Below, piece by piece: positions 14,058 to 17,200 of a stretch of 17,200 nucleotides of DNA. Under the pieces are notes generated by a model, which saw only the letters and a program-made list of their open reading frames with translations, searched no databases and was not told where the DNA came from. How positions within the stretch are numbered: position 1 is the first letter of the stretch; every line of letters begins with the position of its first letter. The stretch comes from Candidatus Thalassarchaeaceae archaeon. Lineage in GTDB: Archaea; Thermoplasmatota; Poseidoniia; Poseidoniales; Thalassarchaeaceae. The stretch spans positions 1 through 17,200 of the forward strand of contig JASLKH010000059.1 of assembly GCA_030747675.1 (NCBI GenBank), given 5' to 3'. Made by a program: the position numbers and the translations under genes.

Positions 14058-14813
14058 ATGCACAGTCCTCCTCGATTGAATGACTCTGCCAAAGAGCATT
14101 ACAAAGAGCAGGGGTGGTGGATACCTTCACGACCCTTGTTCTCTGACGAAAAATTCTCTAAACTAAAATCTATTTTTGAGGAATTACTTGCTAACAAACC
14201 ACCTGAAAAGTTAGGTGATCAATTAGATACCCCGCATTTCTTTGACAACAGATTATTTGAATTCCTTCTTGATGAGCAGGTCCTTGATTTGGTCGAAGAT
14301 GTCCTTGGCCCCAATATTGGATTATGGAGTTCACATTTCATTTCCAAGGAGCCGTTAGTGGGTAGGCGTACTCCTTGGCACGAAGACTCATCATACTGGT
14401 CTGGAAGAATAGATAGAATGGATAAAATTGTGACACTTTGGCTAGCAATAGATTCTTCAGATCGAGAAAATGGGTGTATGCGAGTTATCCCTGAGACCCA
14501 CAATCATGGATTTTCAGATTACGTTTCTGTCGATAGAGGATTAAACACATTTCCTGTAGAGATAATCGATGATCAATACGATGAATCAAAAGCAGTAGAT
14601 TTTGTATTAAAACCAAATCACTGTTCAATGCATGATGGGCGCATCATTCACGGTGCAGATCCAAATACCAGCCCTCGTCGTCGTTGTGGCTACACTATGA
14701 GGTATATTGGATTGGATTCTTACATCTTTCCAGAAGAAAATTTAGATCACAAAGTTTGGTGGGCACGGGGAGAAAACGTAGCTGGAAATGAATTGCATTA
14801 TCATCAATCATAA
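14058..14813 (+). CDS. Phytanoyl-CoA dioxygenase (PhyH)-family Fe(II)/2-oxoglutarate dioxygenase
   Basis: PWHEDxxYW (HxD), TLWLAID, ENGCMRVIPxTH, HDGRIIHGA (distal His) and NTSPRRR (2OG-binding Arg). Confidence 0.88.
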   Translation: MHSPPRLNDSAKEHYKEQGWWIPSRPLFSDEKFSKLKSIFEELLANKPPEKLGDQLDTPHFFDNRLFEFLLDEQVLDLVEDVLGPNIGLWSSHFISKEPLVGRRTPWHEDSSYWSGRIDRMDKIVTLWLAIDSSDRENGCMRVIPETHNHGFSDYVSVDRGLNTFPVEIIDDQYDESKAVDFVLKPNHCSMHDGRIIHGADPNTSPRRRCGYTMRYIGLDSYIFPEENLDHKVWWARGENVAGNELHYHQS

Positions 14814-14814
14814 T

Positions 14815-15567
14815 CTAGCGATATGCATGAAATGACATTCTACCCTGATTCACAGTTTGTCGGAATGAGCCCCGCTTTTCGAATAACCCTTTAATGGAGG
14901 ATAGAATTCTGACTGGTAGAGAATATCGAATAAAGCGGTTCTTTGGGTATACAACTTCGACACGAGAGAAACCTAAGTCGTGCAACATTCCTTTCATTGC
15001 AGCAACATTTGGGGCCCAATAATTGGTTTCATCATTGTTGTACGAATCTCTTGGGAAATAGACCATTGATGGCTTCCACCGATGCAAATCATCGACCAGA
15101 GTTTCAATAATCAGTAATTCCTTACATACACTAGAGGCTACTCTTAATCCTGCCATTGGATCCTGTAGATGATATAGAACTCCAAGGAACATAACAACGT
15201 CAAATTCACCAACTTTCTCTGGAGTGATATCCATTGCATCAATGTCTAAGTCTTCGACTTTAGAATCAAGAACTTCTCTAGCAAATTTGAATCCTTCATT
15301 TGTTCCCCAACCTGGGCCACTCCAGCAGAAATGATCGGTTGCAAGTACACGCTCAGCTCCATTTTTTTCAGCCTGAAATGAGAAAAACCCATCCCATGCT
15401 CCAATATCTAGAACAGATTTCCCCGAAAGGTCTTCCGGCAAACATACCTGTTTGAGCTTTGAGACTGAATCATCACGACCTGGAGTGACAAGCCCATCTT
15501 TGAGAGGTATTGAATGAAACCACCTAATGGAATTCATTCTATCAATGACATCATCTTGTCCGGCCAT
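14815..15567 (-). CDS. Class I SAM-dependent methyltransferase, CmoB/DUF1698-like
   Basis: WFHSIxL...TPG, GKSVLDIGAWDGFFSF (motif I), FDVVMFLGVLYHLxDP, LIIET and NYWAPN. Assignment to the DUF1698-like family is from recollection. Confidence 0.8.
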   Translation of the reverse strand: MAGQDDVIDRMNSIRWFHSIPLKDGLVTPGRDDSVSKLKQVCLPEDLSGKSVLDIGAWDGFFSFQAEKNGAERVLATDHFCWSGPGWGTNEGFKFAREVLDSKVEDLDIDAMDITPEKVGEFDVVMFLGVLYHLQDPMAGLRVASSVCKELLIIETLVDDLHRWKPSMVYFPRDSYNNDETNYWAPNVAAMKGMLHDLGFSRVEVVYPKNRFIRYSLPVRILSSIKGLFEKRGSFRQTVNQGRMSFHAYR

Positions 15568-15605
15568 GGACGATGGCGAGTTGCAACATCATTTACAGTT
15601 TGCGT

Positions 15606-15636
15606 ATTATTTTTGAAATCTAAATTTCAAAATAAT
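15606..15636. terminator. AT-rich inverted repeat just downstream of pheS (terminator or operator)
   Basis: TTTTGAAAT-CTAA-ATTTCAAAA perfect 9-bp stem (15611-15632), extendable by ATTA/TAAT with one bulge. Confidence 0.45.
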
Positions 15637-15640
15637 TTCA

Positions 15641-17137
15641 TTAAAGCAATGGTTGATTGCGCAACCATTCAAGATCTGAGATGTATAATTGACGAATATC
15701 ATCGAGTCCTAAGACCAGCATTGCCAGCCTTTCAAGACCCATTCCCCAAGCACATACTGGCCATTTACAACCCAATGGTTCAGTTACTTCTGGTCGGAAA
15801 ATTCCTGCACCACCTAGTTCTAACCACTGTCCACGCCATTTCACTTCAACCTCCAAAGAAGGTTCAGTATAGGGGAAATATGCAGGCCGAACTCGAACTT
15901 CTGGATAACCCATTTTTTCGTAGAATGTTTTGAGTGTAGTTACTAGCATTGGCAAACTCGCACCAGGTTCCATAATGATGCCCTCAATCTGATGGAATTC
16001 AGGCAGATGTGTACGATCAATCGTTTCTTTTCTAAAAACACGACCAATTCCAAAAACCCTGCAGGGTACATCTGGAGTTTCCGCCAAGTACCGAACAGTG
16101 TTCACCGTTGTGTGTGTACGCAAAAGTGATTTTTGACTCTCATCAGTTGAATATTTTCCACCCCATCCACTAGAGCCGGTTTCACCACCATGCTCGTGAA
16201 TTGCAGTCCAGTCATCTAAGAAACGGTCTTCGATAGAAATTTTTTCAGGATTGGTTAGGTAGAATGTATCTTGCATTTCTCTTGCTGGGTGATCTTGTGG
16301 TATGAATAAAGCATCCATATTCCATCCAGCCGTTTGTACATAGTCACCATCAATTTCATCAAAACCCATTTCAAGGAAAATATTCCGTATTCTCTCAATT
16401 AATGCCATCATAGGATGAGGTCGACCGCCTGCTGGAGTCGGTGCATCTATATTCACATCATATGACTTGAAATCAGCATCTAACCATTGCTCACCCTGAA
16501 GTAATTCAGGGGTTATTTCGACTACTTGCAATCTTTCTTCTAATTCAGAGTTATCCAACTCCTTCCCTTTTTTCGTAATTTTCCAAGTTCTAACAGTGGT
16601 ACTTGCGGATTCTATTAATCCCTTACGTTTCTTAAAATGAAGTAATAATTCTGGATCAATATCATTCTCATTGACATCCTTTGAGCACTGCTCTATGAAT
16701 GAATTTCTAGCAACTAGCGTTATTTCGATTACATCTGACGAATCAGGAATCACAAATGCACCTTGGATTAACTCACATCCTAAACCTTTGAGTAAACCAA
16801 TTCCTATCCCCGTTTCTTGTTTGCTTACAATTCCACTTGATTGCAAATCTTTCATTGTTCGTTCCTGCTCAGGTTGTGACAACAACCAATTCCAAATTTT
16901 TCGTTCTAGAAGTCCATTTTGCAAAGCATTTAACCCCTCTTCACCTAAACTCCAAACTGTCGCATCAACTTGTTCTATAGTCAAAAATCCCTTTTCTTCC
17001 AATCCTAAACCAGCTCCAGCAACATGGGCTTGATCATTCCAATTACATGCCGAAAGAAGATCGTCAAGATTCCATGATTTATCTACATTTGAGAGAATTG
17101 CTTTAAGCATTCTTTTCTCATTGTTTGATAAATCCAT
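15641..17137 (-). CDS. pheS: Phenylalanine--tRNA ligase alpha subunit (archaeal/eukaryal long type)
   Basis: N-terminal extension of about 230 aa; HPAREMQDTFY, LLRTHTT, motif 2 FRKETIDRTHLPEFHQIEG, YFPYTEPS and motif 3 AWGMGLERLAM. SD GAGGGAG. Confidence 0.97.
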   Translation of the reverse strand: MDLSNNEKRMLKAILSNVDKSWNLDDLLSACNWNDQAHVAGAGLGLEEKGFLTIEQVDATVWSLGEEGLNALQNGLLERKIWNWLLSQPEQERTMKDLQSSGIVSKQETGIGIGLLKGLGCELIQGAFVIPDSSDVIEITLVARNSFIEQCSKDVNENDIDPELLLHFKKRKGLIESASTTVRTWKITKKGKELDNSELEERLQVVEITPELLQGEQWLDADFKSYDVNIDAPTPAGGRPHPMMALIERIRNIFLEMGFDEIDGDYVQTAGWNMDALFIPQDHPAREMQDTFYLTNPEKISIEDRFLDDWTAIHEHGGETGSSGWGGKYSTDESQKSLLRTHTTVNTVRYLAETPDVPCRVFGIGRVFRKETIDRTHLPEFHQIEGIIMEPGASLPMLVTTLKTFYEKMGYPEVRVRPAYFPYTEPSLEVEVKWRGQWLELGGAGIFRPEVTEPLGCKWPVCAWGMGLERLAMLVLGLDDIRQLYISDLEWLRNQPLL

Positions 17138-17200
17138 GCGACTCCCTCATCCTTGCGACCAAGTAACTCCACTTGACAATTACCGAACGCCCATAGGGCG

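Noticed and set aside
13777-14503. Minus-strand ORFs 13777-14130 and 14219-14503
   Set aside because: Antisense to tfb, the tRNA and the dioxygenase; 13777-14130 stays open across the GC-rich tRNA by chance.
14000-15640. attL/attR-bounded integrative element at tRNA-Ala
   Set aside because: No repeat of the tRNA 3' end (GCGTCCACCA) and no recombinase found in the window.
15514-17033. Plus-strand ORFs 15514-15933 and 16671-17033
   Set aside because: Antisense shadows of pheS and the methyltransferase.
17188-17200. Hairpin CGCCC-ATA-GGGCG upstream of pheS
   Set aside because: Only 5 bp, cut by the window edge, and its loop is not GNA; cannot be interpreted.
1-17200. CRISPR array, IS or transposase, rRNA
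   Set aside because: No regularly spaced direct repeats, terminal inverted repeats, transposase motifs or rRNA-like segments seen.

Overview
Gene-dense archaeal chromosomal segment, about 40% GC by eye. The archaeal markers are uL16/L10e, eL40, Dph2, TFB, an archaeal-type PheRS alpha and a class III signal-peptide pilin. They sit alongside bacterial-like MutS1-MutL, a long-form PurA and AroA. That mix suggests a mesophilic Thermoplasmatota genome such as Marine Group II/Ca. Poseidoniales (inference, not verified). Order: dph2 (partial, -), hpt (-), rpl10e (-), membrane-anchored beta-propeller-like protein (+), mutS-mutL (+), aroA (-), pilin (-), rpl40e (-, 48 aa, absent from the supplied ORF track), MBL-fold protein with a degenerate second metal site (+), WD40-like protein (-), small basic Cys4 protein (-), purA (-), tfb (+), tRNA-Ala(UGC) (+), PhyH-family Fe/2OG dioxygenase (+), CmoB/DUF1698-like SAM methyltransferase (-), pheS (-). 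I saw no integrase, transposase, CRISPR array or rRNA. This is mostly housekeeping DNA. The best leads are the tRNA-Ala(UGC)/hydroxylase/methyltransferase trio, the archaeal MutSL with clamp-binding motifs and a structured upstream region, the mononuclear-looking MBL, the divergent TFB and several recurring intergenic motifs.
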